Source of the DNA: Lytechinus pictus
Taxonomy: Eukaryota
NCBI RefSeq assembly: GCF_037042905.1
Contig: NC_087263.1
Span: forward strand, 8,062,001-8,126,000
Direction: 5' to 3'
DNA length: 64,000 nt
Shown: piece by piece, positions 25,461 to 37,402 of the stretch
Layout: every line of letters begins with the position of its first letter
Numbering within the stretch: the first letter of the stretch is position 1
The notes under the pieces: model-generated
What the model saw: only the letters and a program-made list of their open reading frames with translations
Database searches by the model: none
What the model was told of the DNA's origin: nothing
Position numbers and translations under genes: made by a program

Positions 25461-25797
25461 GTAGGATGGTTAAACGAAATACTATTGTAAATAATTCATT
25501 CAAGAAACATCGAGAGAAGATATCGAGAGAGAGAGAGAGAAAATAAATAAAATGATCTACCTGACTGCAATTTGTTTGATGAACCATTTAAACATTCCGT
25601 CTCAGTCAGTGTCAGTATGCACATTAATTAGTCTTTTACAGGGGTGTTGCATACTCGCTATTAGAGAAATCAATTCTTATCAGGACTGCTTTAGTTAATG
25701 TGTGCGTGGATTGGTGGGTTGACGACGAGGTGTGTGCGGGTGCATATAGAGGGTGCATGTGTGTGTTCGAATTTAGGTGCGATGTTTTGTTAAAAGT

Positions 25798-26349
25798 CCG
25801 GGGGCCACTTCCATTGACGAGTGGATACCATGTGCGACCTTGGGGTCTCGAAAAGCACCCTAAGCAATTTTCCATTTTCTGAAAATGCACCCCTTAACAA
25901 GTGTTGGCGTGTGAAACCCTACCCTTAAGAAGTATTGGAAACAAAACGATACCCTTGGAAAGTATTCCCTGAATTGAACCCCTATACAAGTACAGCGATA
26001 TTTGTTGTATGGGGTTGTATGTGATGGACGTCGGTATTACCTACAATTTAGTACGGCCCCACCTCCCACACCTCGCGCAAATCGGACTCTAAACAAGTAG
26101 CGTTGACTGTTTGGGCAAAAGTACATCCTTTATAGAACATTTGTCTTTTTACTCTCGCAAATTTGACCCTCATAAACACGTAGCTTTCCTAGCGAAATAG
26201 ATACCCTTTTTTCATTATAATAGTGTTTTTGACACCCTTATTACATTCCGACGTAACGTGCCCTATCTTGAAAAAGACATCCCTTTTACGTGTTTTGGGG
26301 GTCGCGCATGGTATCCACTAGTCAATGTAACTGCCCCCCCCCCCCCGGG
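25798..26349. mobile_element. MITE, inverted copy of the 1-539 family
   Basis: CCGGGGGCCAC...CCCCGGG termini with an 8-9-bp TSD GTTAAAAG(T) at 25789 and 26350. Confidence 0.85.
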
Positions 26350-27107
26350 GTTAAAAGTAATGTGGAAAATTCTCCGTCTCACTTTATTGACGTTTAAAAT
26401 TTTTACTGATTTTTTTTTGGGGGAGGGTGTATTCTATACATTGTTAGCGTATCCTCTCATAGCAAAACACAATATTCATGATAAATTAAAGTCACCGTAA
26501 CACTGCACTGTGATAAGTGTGTGGACCGCATACACCAAGATATTGGACCAAATATCATGATATACTCGTAAATATGGAAACGATGCAAGTTACAAATACC
26601 TACAAAGCAAACATTGTTTCAAACTGACTACCAAGACTAGTTACCCAAGCAATCAGCTTTACAATAGAAAATCATAGCGGTACATATATGTTACTGTACC
26701 ATTAGACATGTTAGAGAACTTTGCCTTCAGAGTACATTACTGTTTGGTACTATCATCATGGTAGCCTAGGTCAATGTTAATCATTTATCATCGGTCCGTA
26801 GTATTCTGAAAGGGGACCCAGGTCCGGATCCGACGGGGAGTAGTCCTGCCCCTTGTTGCACCCACAAATGTAATAACGCCCACAAATGTAATAACACTTT
26901 ACCCACAAATGCAATAATTTCACCCACAAATGTAATAATGCACTTTACCCACAAATGTTATAGTTGTTGATCGCCCACAAATGTAATAATGACTTTACCC
27001 ACAAATGTAATAAATTTGAAGGGATTTTTGCGAATCCGTTCTTAACTAAAATCCTATAGTAATGCGTTCATATAGCACAAAAGTCCAACGTCTTTTTTCC
27101 AGACCTG

Positions 27108-29070
27108 GGGCCTATTTCATAAAGAGTTGCTATCATAGCAAGTTGCTATGATAGCAACTCTGGTAGAATAGCAGCTTTTACTTGCTATGCTAGCAACTTG
27201 CTATGCTAGCAACTTTGCATTTCATAAAAGCACATTCGCTGGAAAGTCAGCTTGACTTTCCAGCGAATTATTTGAATAGTCATGTACGAGGCTGATTAGG
27301 GGGAAATCCCCTTTCTCTCCAGTTTTTTGTTTTCAATTCAAGTCATAAGTTTAGGTAGAAAGTACTGGCGGATCCGGGGGGGGGGGGGGGGGGGCACAGC
27401 CGGCCTGTGGCCCCACCTTTGAGAAGCAAAATTAGAAGAAACAAAATTGAAGGAGAATATATATATTTTTTTGCATGTAAATTTTTTTGGGAGCGAAATT
27501 GTTATTTAGCAGCTGCAAACAGGGTCTGCAGCATAAGACTAGCCGTTGATACAAAGTGATGGCTCTATGGTGATGCCTGGCTTGCAATTCTAGAAGAGAG
27601 TAAGAAGAAAATACTAATTTTTCCTGGGATGGCATAGCATTATTCTCCATTGTGTAAGTTTTCAGAGAATTGATATATTTTAGCCCTATGCCATGGAAAA
27701 AAATATTTTGAAAAAAGTTAAAAGGCATCATTATTGCCGGTCGAAATTTCACCTTCAACAAAGTTTCTACCGTACAAGTTTAATCCCAGTCCCACACTTG
27801 ACTATTTGTGTCGGTAATGCAAGGTTGTATCAACAACAAGGCAGGCACAGGCCACTGCTGGTGCAGTGCTGTTAAAAATCACCCTGAAGCAAGTAAATTT
27901 GTAGGCTCTAATTATGCATGAAACATCGAAAATGACCTTAAAAGATTATTTTTGTTCAAAATGGAAATGATTTTTAAGTTATCGGTTTCAACAGTAAATA
28001 ACCATTCAGTAAATGGATTCAACAATGCCATGGCCACAACTTTTTTTTTGAGAAAGTCAGAAACAGAAAAAAAAAAGCAATCATTTTTTTATCGCATACA
28101 TTCGTAATTCCGAAGCTTCATTATTCCGAAGGATCGTTGGTCCGAAAACGAAGTGAGGTTCGTAATTCCGAAGGTTCGTTAATCCGAAAACGAAATGATT
28201 AACGAACATTATTTCGTTTTCGGATTGACGAACCTTCGGAACAACGAACCTTATTTCGTTCTTGGATTAACAAACCTTCGGAACATCAAACCTTATTTCG
28301 TTTTCGGATTGTCGAACCTTCGAAATAACGCCACAAATGTTCGGATTAACGAACCCTTTTACGTTTTCAGATTAACGAACGTCGAGGTATAGGCAATTTA
28401 CGTGTTTCGGAATTACGGACCTTCGGAATTCCTAAGTGTAACCTTGTTTATGGCCTAGGGCTTTTTTAATTTAGGCCTTGAATTAAACACTTCCACATAA
28501 TAGATCTACCTTCCTCTATTTTTTCCCGCAAGAAAAAAAATCCTCTCCATTTTTTTTTTTTTTTTTAAGTCTGTCTATAACCTCCCTTTTTTTCCCTTTG
28601 CCTGCCCTGGGAAAGACTGAAAAATTTGCTGTTTCGGAGGAATTTTTAAACATTTTTTTTTTTGGGGGGGATAGGTAGAAAAAAAAAAGAAACGGCATTT
28701 CTACTAGAAAGCATTACCTTAATATATTCTTCATTAGCATTATTATCATATAGACATTGCTCTAGATATATCCGTTCTCTTGTAAGAGCCCTTTGGGCAT
28801 GCCTGAGCACAACGTATGCCATTCTTCACAATGAAAAACCTTTTACAGTGTCAACTTGACGCTCCCCCATGACCAGCGTCAAATATTTAACCCTATTTGA
28901 CGCTCCAGTAACCATACTTGACGCTCCAGTAAAAAGTTGACGCTCCCACTGGAGCGTCAACTTTTTATGAAATGCGCTGCAGCGTCAAATATTAAATTTG
29001 ACGCTGCAAGTGAAAATTTGACGCTGTTTTGGGACTTGACGCTGACGCTGTACCTTTATGAAATGGGCCC
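27108..29070. mobile_element. PIF/Harbinger-type non-autonomous element inserted in the left TIR
   Basis: TIR GGGCCTATTTCATAAAG / CTTTATGAAATGGGCCC with a 3-bp CTG/CAG flank. The empty site is preserved in the right TIR near 40710. Confidence 0.85.
28100..28440. repeat. Foldback of TTCGGATTAACGAACC-type tandem units
   Basis: TCCGAA units on the left are mirrored by TTCGGA units (period about 33 bp) on the right. Confidence 0.75.
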
Positions 29071-31545
29071 CAGGTTGTTTCAAAGTTATAATATACGTCC
29101 AAAGTCTTTTTTTCCAGACCCGGTTAATTCAAAAATTATAATGCTAGTCCAAAGTCTTTTTTTTCAGACCCGGTTGTTTAAAAAATTATAATATAAGTCC
29201 AAAGTCTTTTTTCCAGACCCGGTTGTTTAAAAAATTATAATATACGTCCAAAGTCTTTTTTCCAGACCCGGTTGTTTCAAAGTTATAATATACGTCCAAA
29301 GTCTTTTTCCAGACCCGGTTAATTCAAAAATTATAATATAAGTCCAAAGTCTTTTTTCCAGACCCGGTTGTTTCAAAATTATAATATACGTCCAAAGTCT
29401 TTTTCCCAGACCCGGTTAATTCAAAAATTATAATATAAGTCCAAAGTCTTTTTTCCGGACCCGGTTGTTTAAAAAATTTTAATATAAGTCCAAAGTCTTT
29501 TTTCCAGACCCAGTTGATTCAACAATTATAATATAAGTCCAAAGTCTTTTTTCCAGACCCAGTTGTTTCAAAAATTATAATATACGTCCAAAGTCTTTTT
29601 TCCAGACCCGGTTGTTTCAAAAATTGTAATATAAATCCAAAGTCTTTTTTCCAGACCCGGTTGTTAAAAAAATTATAATATAAGTCCAAAGTCTTTTTTT
29701 TTCAGACCCGATTGTTTCAACAATTATAATATAAGTCCAAAGTCTTTTTTCCAGACCCGGTTGTTTCAAAATTATAATATACGTCCAAAGTCTTTTTCCC
29801 AGACCCGGTTAATTCAAAAATTATAATATAAGTCCAAAGTCTTTTTTCCGGACCCGGTTGTTTAAAAAATTTTAATATAAGTCCAAAGTCTTTTTTCCAG
29901 ACCCAGTTGATTCAACAATTATAATATAAGTCCAAAGTCTTTTTTCCAGACCCAGTTGTTTCAAAAATTATAATATACGTCCAAAGTCTTTTTTCCAGAC
30001 CCGGTTGTTTCAAAAATTGTAATATAAATCCAAAGTCTTTTTTCCAGACCCGGTTGTTTAAAAAATTATAATATAAGTCCAAAGTCTTTTTTTTTCAGAC
30101 CCGATTGTTTCAACAATTATAATATAAGTCCAAAGTCTTTTTTCCAGACCCGGTTGTTTCAAAATTATAATATACGTCCAAAGTCTTTTTCCCAGACCCG
30201 GTTGTTTCAAAAATTATAATATAAGTCCAAAGTCTTTTTTCCAGACCCGGTTGTTTAAAAAATTTTAAGATAAGTCCAAAGTCTTTTTTTTCAGACCCGG
30301 TTGTTAAAAAAATTATAATATAAGTCCAAAGTCTTTTTTCCAAACCCGGTTGTTAAAAAAATTATAATATACGTCCAAAGTCTTTTTTCCAGACCCGGTT
30401 GTTAAAAAAATTATAATATACGTCCAAAGTCTTTTTTCCAGACCCGGTTGTTTTAACCACTTGACTGCGTAGCACGTAATATTACGTGCTGGGCGAGTGC
30501 ACGATCTGTGCTGGGCACGTAATATTACGTGCTTGACCTATCTTCTGTTTGAGGCGTCAGCACCGTGCTGTTAATACCCCTACGATGAAAACAGCACATG
30601 TATATCAAATTTCAGACTATGGTCACCAGATGGCGCTATTCCACAAAAGTTATTGAAACTTTTGCAGTGATTTATAAATGTTTATATTCACTTTTCCATA
30701 GTGATAGTGTACGGCGCTCAGTTCAAAATGGCGACTCGCAGTGGAGAAGTGAATCAGAAGGATTTTGACGAAACTTTAGACGATAGGAGTAATAAATATA
30801 GTGAAAGATCTGTGTCAGAAGGGGAAGATGATTTTTTTGTATGGATATTGGAAAAAGTGATGTGATTATTTACAATTTTTTTACCCCAAGTTGCTGTCAG
30901 TTGTAGTCCCAAATATATCTAACTTGTTAGTCCCATTCAGTAGCACCAGGGGGGTCAGTGCGCATTACAGCCTATAGCAGTCAAGTGGTTAAAGTTATAA
31001 TATACGTCCAAAGTCCTTTTCCAGACCCAGTTAATTCAAAAATTATAATGCAAGTCCAAAGTCTTTTATTCAGACCCGGTTGTTTAAAAAAATTATAATA
31101 TAAGTCCAAAGTCTTTTTTCCAGACCCGGTTGATTCAACAATATAAGTCCAAAGTCTTTTTTCCAGACCCGGTTGTTTCAAAAATTATAATATACGTCCA
31201 AAGTCTTTTTTCCAGACCTGGTTGTTTCAAAAATTGTAATATAAATCCAAAGTCTTTTTTTTCCAGACCCGGTTCTTTGAAAAATAATAATATAAGTCCA
31301 AAGTCTTTTTTTTTCAGAACCGGTTGTTTCAAAAATTATAATATAAGTCCAAAGTCTTTTTCCAGACCCGGTTGTTTAAAAAATTATAATATACGTCCAA
31401 AGTCTTTTTTCCAGACCCGGTTGTTTCAAAAATTATAATATAAGTCCAAAGTCTTTTTTCCAGACCCGGTTGTTTAAAAAATTATACTATAAGTCCAAAG
31501 TCTTTATCCAGACCAGTTTATTTCAAAAATTATGATATAAGTCCA
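29071..31545. repeat. About 49-bp tandem satellite (about 40 units) within the foldback left arm
   Basis: Unit CCAGACCCGGTTGTTTCAAAAATTATAATATAAGTCCAAAGTCTTTTTT, interrupted at 30457-30988. Confidence 0.95.
30457..30988 (+). mobile_element. piggyBac internal-deletion derivative
   Basis: TTAA TSD (30453-30456 and 30989-30992) and 12-bp TIR CCACTTGACTGC / GCAGTCAAGTGG. A short acidic reading frame MATRSGEVNQKDFDETLDD... starts at 30728. Confidence 0.88.
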
Positions 31546-33029
31546 TACTAAGATACGATAATAATATTCCAGTCGAATAAAAATGAGAATCGAGCTTAGT
31601 CTTTTCTCCAGACCCAGTTAATTAAAACTAGTGGAATTAATGTCTTTGTTGTTGTTTCAACTTATACGGCGTATATTGTGAATATATGCGCTAAGAGTAA
31701 ATTGAGAATCAAGCGTAGTCTTTTCTCCAGACCCGGTTACTTAAAACTAAAAACTAAACCCTATAGCAACGCGTTCATATAGCACAAAAGTGCAAAGTCT
31801 TTTTTCCAGACCCGAATAATTTAACAATTACAATATAAGTCCAAAGTCTTTCCTCCAGACCCGGCTATTAAAAAATGAATTAAAAAACTTCAAATCTAAG
31901 ACCAATTTTCCAAAGTTTCACCCAGTAAAAAAATATGTCTTTACCCCACGCCCAGTTTTTTTAAATAATACTACAACCCCTACAAAACATTGTAATAATG
32001 CATGGGTAAAGCAAACTTCCTTTTTCCAGACTCGGTTATTATTTGAAAAAAATAAAATAATTTTTACAAATATTCTAAAATTCTCCAGACACAATTATTT
32101 CAAGAAAAAAAATCAATAAAACCCAACCCCAAAAACGAATCTTAGAACCAACAATCCTCAAAATTAAGACCATGCATGTAGAAAAGCACATGTTTAGAGC
32201 GTTGTCTTTATTCCAGACCCAGTAATTAAACAATTATTTAAAAAATCTTAAAAACAAAAGACTTTGTCATATTCTTATTCTTGTGGAATAACATGAGTAT
32301 TATGCTTAGTCTTTCGTCTAGACCCGGTTATTTAAAATATAAACAAATATTGAAAAAAAAATCACAGCTAAGACCAATCTTTAAAATTAAACCCACTTAA
32401 AATGCTTGGGCTTAGAGTGTTGTCTTTACCCCTCACCCAGTTCTCTTTAAAATACAAATTTAGCGAAACGTTAATCTTAAAATTTAGACCCCAGCATCTT
32501 CCAAACTATAGAACCCTTGTAATAACGCATACTTAATTTGACCAGACCAGTTTATTAAAAAAAAACGGAGCCAAAAAAAAAAATAACCCTCTTCCAGCCT
32601 AACATCCTGTAATAAATGATGCAATTAAACATTCATTTTTTTCTTCCAGACAAAGACATTTATAATAAAAAAAACATCAAAACTTAGAGCCCGGGGAGCA
32701 TTTCATGAAAGGAGTTGTCTGACCTTTTATCCGACACTGGTAGCACTGCTTCTTAGCCAATCAACATCAAGAACATTTGTCAGATCTGACAACTTGTCGG
32801 ACATAAATGTTGATGAAATACTCCCCCAATCATCTTATTCATGTTGAACAGGCACAAGAATATGATTGAGTCTTAGTTATGAGGATTTACTTATCTTATT
32901 TTTGAAATGACAAGGTCTAGAATAAAGAAAACTCTCTAAAATTTTATTTATTGAAGGTTCTTAGTTTGAAGGATAGTTGGGCCTTAGATTCTGTTATTCT
33001 TTTGTAATGATTTTGGTTATTTTGAAATA

Positions 33030-33527
33030 ATTGGGTCTGGAGGAAAGACTACAACATATTGCCATGAATGACACGCGCCGTATAAGCTAAAACAACAACA
33101 ACAACAGTTATTCAATATTGATAAGATTGCAGGGTCTTTGTTTTGTTGTTGTTGTTGTTGTGTTTTAGATTACTTTTATAACTGGGTCTGGAGGAAAGAC
33201 TACACTATATTTCCATGTTTTTCAACATAAAGAGGATCGTGGGTCTTTGTTTGCTTTTTTTTAATTATTACTAATTTATTATTATTATTCATCATTTCTT
33301 ATTTGAAAGATCTGGGTCTGGACGAAAGACTACGCTATATTTCCATGTTATTCAACATAAATAGGATCGTGGGTCTTTGTTTGCTTTTTTATTATTACTA
33401 ATTTATTATTATTATTTTTTCATTTGTTATTTCAAAGATCTGGGTCTGGAGGAAAGACTACACTATATTTCCATGCTATTCAACATAAATAGGATCGTGG
33501 TCGTTGTTTGCTTTTTTATTATTACTA

Positions 33528-33564
<37 letters not shown>

Positions 33565-33922
33565 GTTATTATTATTATTCATTTGTTATTTGAAAGATCT
33601 GGGTCTGGAGGAAAGACAACGCTATATTTCCATGTTATTCAACATAAATAGGACCGTGGGTCTTTGTTTGCTTTTTTATTATTACTAATTTATTATTATC
33701 ATTATTATTATTATTATTATTATTATTCGTTTGTTATTTGAAAGATCTGGGTCTGGAGGAAAGACTACGCTATATTTCCATGTTATTCAACATAAATAGG
33801 ATCGTGGGTCGTTGTTTGCTTTTTTTTATTATTACTAATTTATTATTATTATTATCATTCATTTGTTATTTGAAAGATCTGGGTCTGGATGAAGGACTGC
33901 TATATTTCCATGTTATTTAACA
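33030..33922. repeat. About 120-150-bp tandem repeat with variable (TTA)n in the foldback right arm
   Basis: Unit starts CTGGGTCTGGAGGAAAGACTACACTATATTTCCATG; about 7 copies. Confidence 0.9.
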
Positions 33923-33966
33923 TTAACAAATCTCCAGATTTATTTAATTTTCAAAGTCAAAAAGGG

Positions 33967-34005
33967 GCCTAAGCTTTCGATCCTAGCGGAATCTTCGTCG
34001 GAGGC
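33967..34005 (-). ncRNA. Minimal hammerhead ribozyme motif (variant core)
   Basis: Minus strand reads GCCT-CCGACGA-A-GATTC-cgcta-GGATC-GAA-AGCT-T-AGGC: stem I, a CUGANGA-like core, stem II, GAAA and a palindromic stem III. Confidence 0.7.
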
Positions 34006-34753
34006 AAAATGACAAACATATAAAGTGGAACAACCATAATATAGACCACAAACAAGCTACAGCAACACTAGAAACAAGGAGACAAAAGGGGCATTAGTGA
34101 GTAGAGAAGACCAATCAGGTTAGTGAAGGGGATGAAAGAAAAGGAGTAGGCAGACACAAAGGGAAGTTAGTGTAAGTAAGGCCAGTAAAAGACCTCAAGC
34201 CAAGAGGGATTAAAATAATGAGGCAGGCAACATCAAACAGGATCTGGAACAAAACAGTGATAATGGGATGAAAAACAAGAGAATTAGTGAGAGGTGGGTC
34301 AAACAGGTTACAAAGAAAGGCTTAATAAACTGGTGCATAAGAGTGGGGGAAAAAAAGAAAAAGAATGGGGAACAACTGATAATGTGCAAAAGACATATAA
34401 GTATATATGATAAAGCATTAAACAAACTAAGAGAAGAAGGTAAGTGTAAATATGTATCTATAAGTGATATGTATATAAATATATCCAAAAAAGAAATGTA
34501 TATGAAAAAAAATATATAAATACACATATGGTGTAACTGATATTGTAATCCGCTAGGTGTGACGGGAAAAAAACATAAGACTATATAGCAGGAAAAAAAA
34601 AAAAAAACCAAACCTGTATATGTGAAAAAGAGGAAGCAAATTGCCTAAAAAGGTAAAAGCAAATATAGAAGAGAGGGGGTGTAATATGAAGAAACCATAG
34701 TATACATGTAAATAAGCAAATGTGGTAAATCTAAAAGAGGTGAGTGGAGAAAA

Positions 34754-34785
<32 letters not shown>

Positions 34786-34945
34786 ATAATTATTATATCG
34801 CCTGAATAAGGAGGGAAAAATTGGAGCTGAGCTTGTATGAGATATGGGAGGAAAGTAGAGCAAGAAACTATAATGTAACTATTCAAAAGAGCTGAGGGGA
34901 AAAATTATATGTATATATAAACTGAAAGTGGATAGGAAAGAAAAA

Positions 34946-37402
34946 TCAGTCGTTCCCCTCTTGGATGTTCAGGCCATGAGGTTGGGTGGTGCGAAGTCGT
35001 CTCATCCAGAGCTTCTCCCTGCTAGTACGGACTGAGTCAGGACGGGTACCTAAAGATTCGATGCCCTGTAGCATCATGTCAGTGATGGAGTGGTTGGGGA
35101 GGTTAAAATGGCGGCCAACTGGAGTGTCCAGCTTTGCTGTGTTGACGGTGGATCTGTGCCCGTAGAATCGTTTCTTGAGTGTGGTCTTGGTTTCCCCTAT
35201 GTATTGTACCCTACAAACTCTGCAAGTGATGAGATATACAACATTAGTGGTAGTGCATGTGATGTTGCCCTTGATTTGGTGAGACAGGCTGGTAGAGTTG
35301 CTGGTGAAAGTATCGCCCTCGTGAAGGTGTATTTCACATATGATGCACCTGTTGCTGGTGCATTTGAAGGTGCCATGCTGTATGGGAGAAGAATGGTTAG
35401 TGAGGGAGGGCACTTCAGCACGAACAATGAGGTCCCTGAGATTCGGTGGGCGTCGGTATGCTAGAAGGGGAGTATCGGGAACGGCCTGTTGGAGACGATC
35501 AGAAGTGTGTAAAATGTGGTGGTTATCAAACAGGATTTTGCGGAGAGGGGGTAGATTGGGATGGAAGGTGGTCACAAGCGGTATTCTGTCGGTGGTCTCC
35601 TTGTCACTTTTTGGTTTGAGAACTTCAGATCTGGGGAGAGAACGAACTTTGTTAATTGCCAGTTGGACTGCCCTGGCCCCGTGGCCCCTGGCACAGAGAT
35701 GTTTCTGCAAATTCCTGGCATGGAAGGAAAAATCAGGGTCCTCGGAGCAGATACGGCGAAGTCTGAGGGCTTGACTGTAAGCGATGCCGGTTTTGCAGTG
35801 ACGGGGGTGGCAGCTGGATGAGTGGAGGTACTGGTGGGTATCTGTGGGTTTAGAGTATAGGGTAGTGGTGATACCATTAGACTTTTTCTGGACTGTAACA
35901 TCAAGGAAGTGGGTTTCCTGTTGGGAGAAATCAGAAGTGAATTTGATGGTCCTGTGGAAGGAATTGATGTGGTCAATGAATGTATGGAGGCTGTCTTCAT
36001 CCCTGGTCCAGATGAAGAAAATGTCGTCTATGTAACGCCACCAAATCCATGGGCGACAGGGGGCTGAATCTAACATCTGCTGTTCCAGCTTCGTCATGAA
36101 GAGACAGGCGAATGAAGGAGCCATCCGGGTGCCCATTGCTGTACCGAATATCTGTAGGTAGTGCTTGCCCATGAATGTGAAGTTGTTTTTTGTTAGTACA
36201 TGAGACATCAGAGATTTGATATCGGATATGGGGGGACTGGAATGGCCACTGGCGGCCAAGGCTTCACATGATGCTTGGATACCTTCGTCGTGGGGAATGC
36301 TGGTGTACAGTGAAGAAACATCGAAAGTGCCGATGATCGCAGTCTCGGGTATCTGGTCCTTGATGTCATTTAGTTTCCTGAGAAAGTCTGGAGTGTCGTG
36401 GATGTAAGAGGGTGCACGTGAGACAAGGGGCTTAATGTGGTAATCAACAAAAAGGGAGATGTTCTCTGTTGAGGAACCATTTCCTGAGAGGATGGGTCGA
36501 CCGGGGTTGCCAGGTTTGTGGATCTTCGGGAGGAGATAGAAGCGGGCAGGTTTAGCATTAGTAGGGGAGAGAAATTTGTGGGCCTTCTCAGAGAGATGCT
36601 CGTGTTCTTTCATGTCATTCAGTGTCGATTGGATCTGTAGGGAGAAATTACAAGTAGGGTCAGAATCGAGGAGTGCATAGTGAGATCGATTATTGAGATG
36701 TTTCATGGCTTCATCGATGTACTGCTGGCGGTCCATAACAACGACGGCTGATCCTTTGTCTGCAGGCTTGATGATGATGTCGGACCTGTTTTTGAGTGAT
36801 GAGAGAGCCTGGCGTTCTTCTCGAGGAAGGTTGTCATGTGCTCTGGTGTCGAGGGTATCTGTGGAGCGAACTTGGGATGAGACAGCTTGGATGTAAGTTT
36901 CAAGGGAAGGAACTCTATTCTTAGGTGGAATCCATGTGCTTTTCTTGTAGAAGGGCTCGGGATCAGAAGGGGGTGCATCTAAAAAGAACTCTTTGAGACG
37001 TATCCTGCGATAGAATGTAGAGAGGTCTTGGCTGAGAGCTATCTGTTCAACTTCTGGTGGCGTGGGGCAAAACTTGAGACCTTTAGAGAGAAGAGAGGTT
37101 TCTGCTTGGGAGAGAGGGGAGGATGAGAGATTAACAACCAAATGGGGGGATACATCATTGTTGTTGGTATGTCGTCTAAATCTGTTTGACCGTTGTCGCT
37201 TCTTTGTGAGGTTGCCTATTTTCTTGTTCCTGCGTTCAGTGAGGAGAGACCTGTGTTTAGAGAGATCAGATTCAATTTCATCATTATACTGAAGCCATTG
37301 GGTTTGGGTACAGCAAGAACGTAGTTCGTCTTCCAGGCTACTGATGTCAGCTGAAAAAGAATCAAGAGAAGCAATACACTGTTCAGAGAGGATGTTAATT
37401 AA
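34946..37402 (-). CDS. Penelope-like reverse transcriptase plus GIY-YIG endonuclease (5' incomplete)
   Basis: Motifs IKPADKG, YLLPKIHK, FDVSSLYT, GTAMG, WWRYIDD, FLDV, the linker CTSNRCIIC, and NVVYLITC...QYIGET. The frame stays open upstream of 37141 to the junction at about 37402, with no ATG. Confidence 0.95.
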   Translation of the reverse strand, partial: LINILSEQCIASLDSFSADISSLEDELRSCCTQTQWLQYNDEIESDLSKHRSLLTERRNKKIGNLTKKRQRSNRFRRHTNNNDVSPHLVVNLSSSPLSQAETSLLSKGLKFCPTPPEVEQIALSQDLSTFYRRIRLKEFFLDAPPSDPEPFYKKSTWIPPKNRVPSLETYIQAVSSQVRSTDTLDTRAHDNLPREERQALSSLKNRSDIIIKPADKGSAVVVMDRQQYIDEAMKHLNNRSHYALLDSDPTCNFSLQIQSTLNDMKEHEHLSEKAHKFLSPTNAKPARFYLLPKIHKPGNPGRPILSGNGSSTENISLFVDYHIKPLVSRAPSYIHDTPDFLRKLNDIKDQIPETAIIGTFDVSSLYTSIPHDEGIQASCEALAASGHSSPPISDIKSLMSHVLTKNNFTFMGKHYLQIFGTAMGTRMAPSFACLFMTKLEQQMLDSAPCRPWIWWRYIDDIFFIWTRDEDSLHTFIDHINSFHRTIKFTSDFSQQETHFLDVTVQKKSNGITTTLYSKPTDTHQYLHSSSCHPRHCKTGIAYSQALRLRRICSEDPDFSFHARNLQKHLCARGHGARAVQLAINKVRSLPRSEVLKPKSDKETTDRIPLVTTFHPNLPPLRKILFDNHHILHTSDRLQQAVPDTPLLAYRRPPNLRDLIVRAEVPSLTNHSSPIQHGTFKCTSNRCIICEIHLHEGDTFTSNSTSLSHQIKGNITCTTTNVVYLITCRVCRVQYIGETKTTLKKRFYGHRSTVNTAKLDTPVGRHFNLPNHSITDMMLQGIESLGTRPDSVRTSREKLWMRRLRTTQPHGLNIQEGND

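Larger units (their letters stand above)
33930..37402 (-). mobile_element. Penelope-like retroelement (Neptune-like), 5'-truncated
   Basis: RT plus GIY-YIG ORF, a 3' UTR of about 1 kb, and a hammerhead motif near the 3' end. Confidence 0.93.

Noticed and set aside
29071..31545. CRISPR-like regular repeats and repeat-derived ORFs
   Set aside because: The units are contiguous with no unique spacers, there are no cas genes, and the context is eukaryotic. The ORFs simply translate the satellite.
33377..33920. Poly-Leu, transmembrane-looking ORFs
   Set aside because: They are translations of (TTA)n-containing tandem repeats.
35090..37292. Several plus-strand and alternate-frame ORFs over the Penelope gene
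   Set aside because: Shadow frames of the RT/endonuclease coding sequence.
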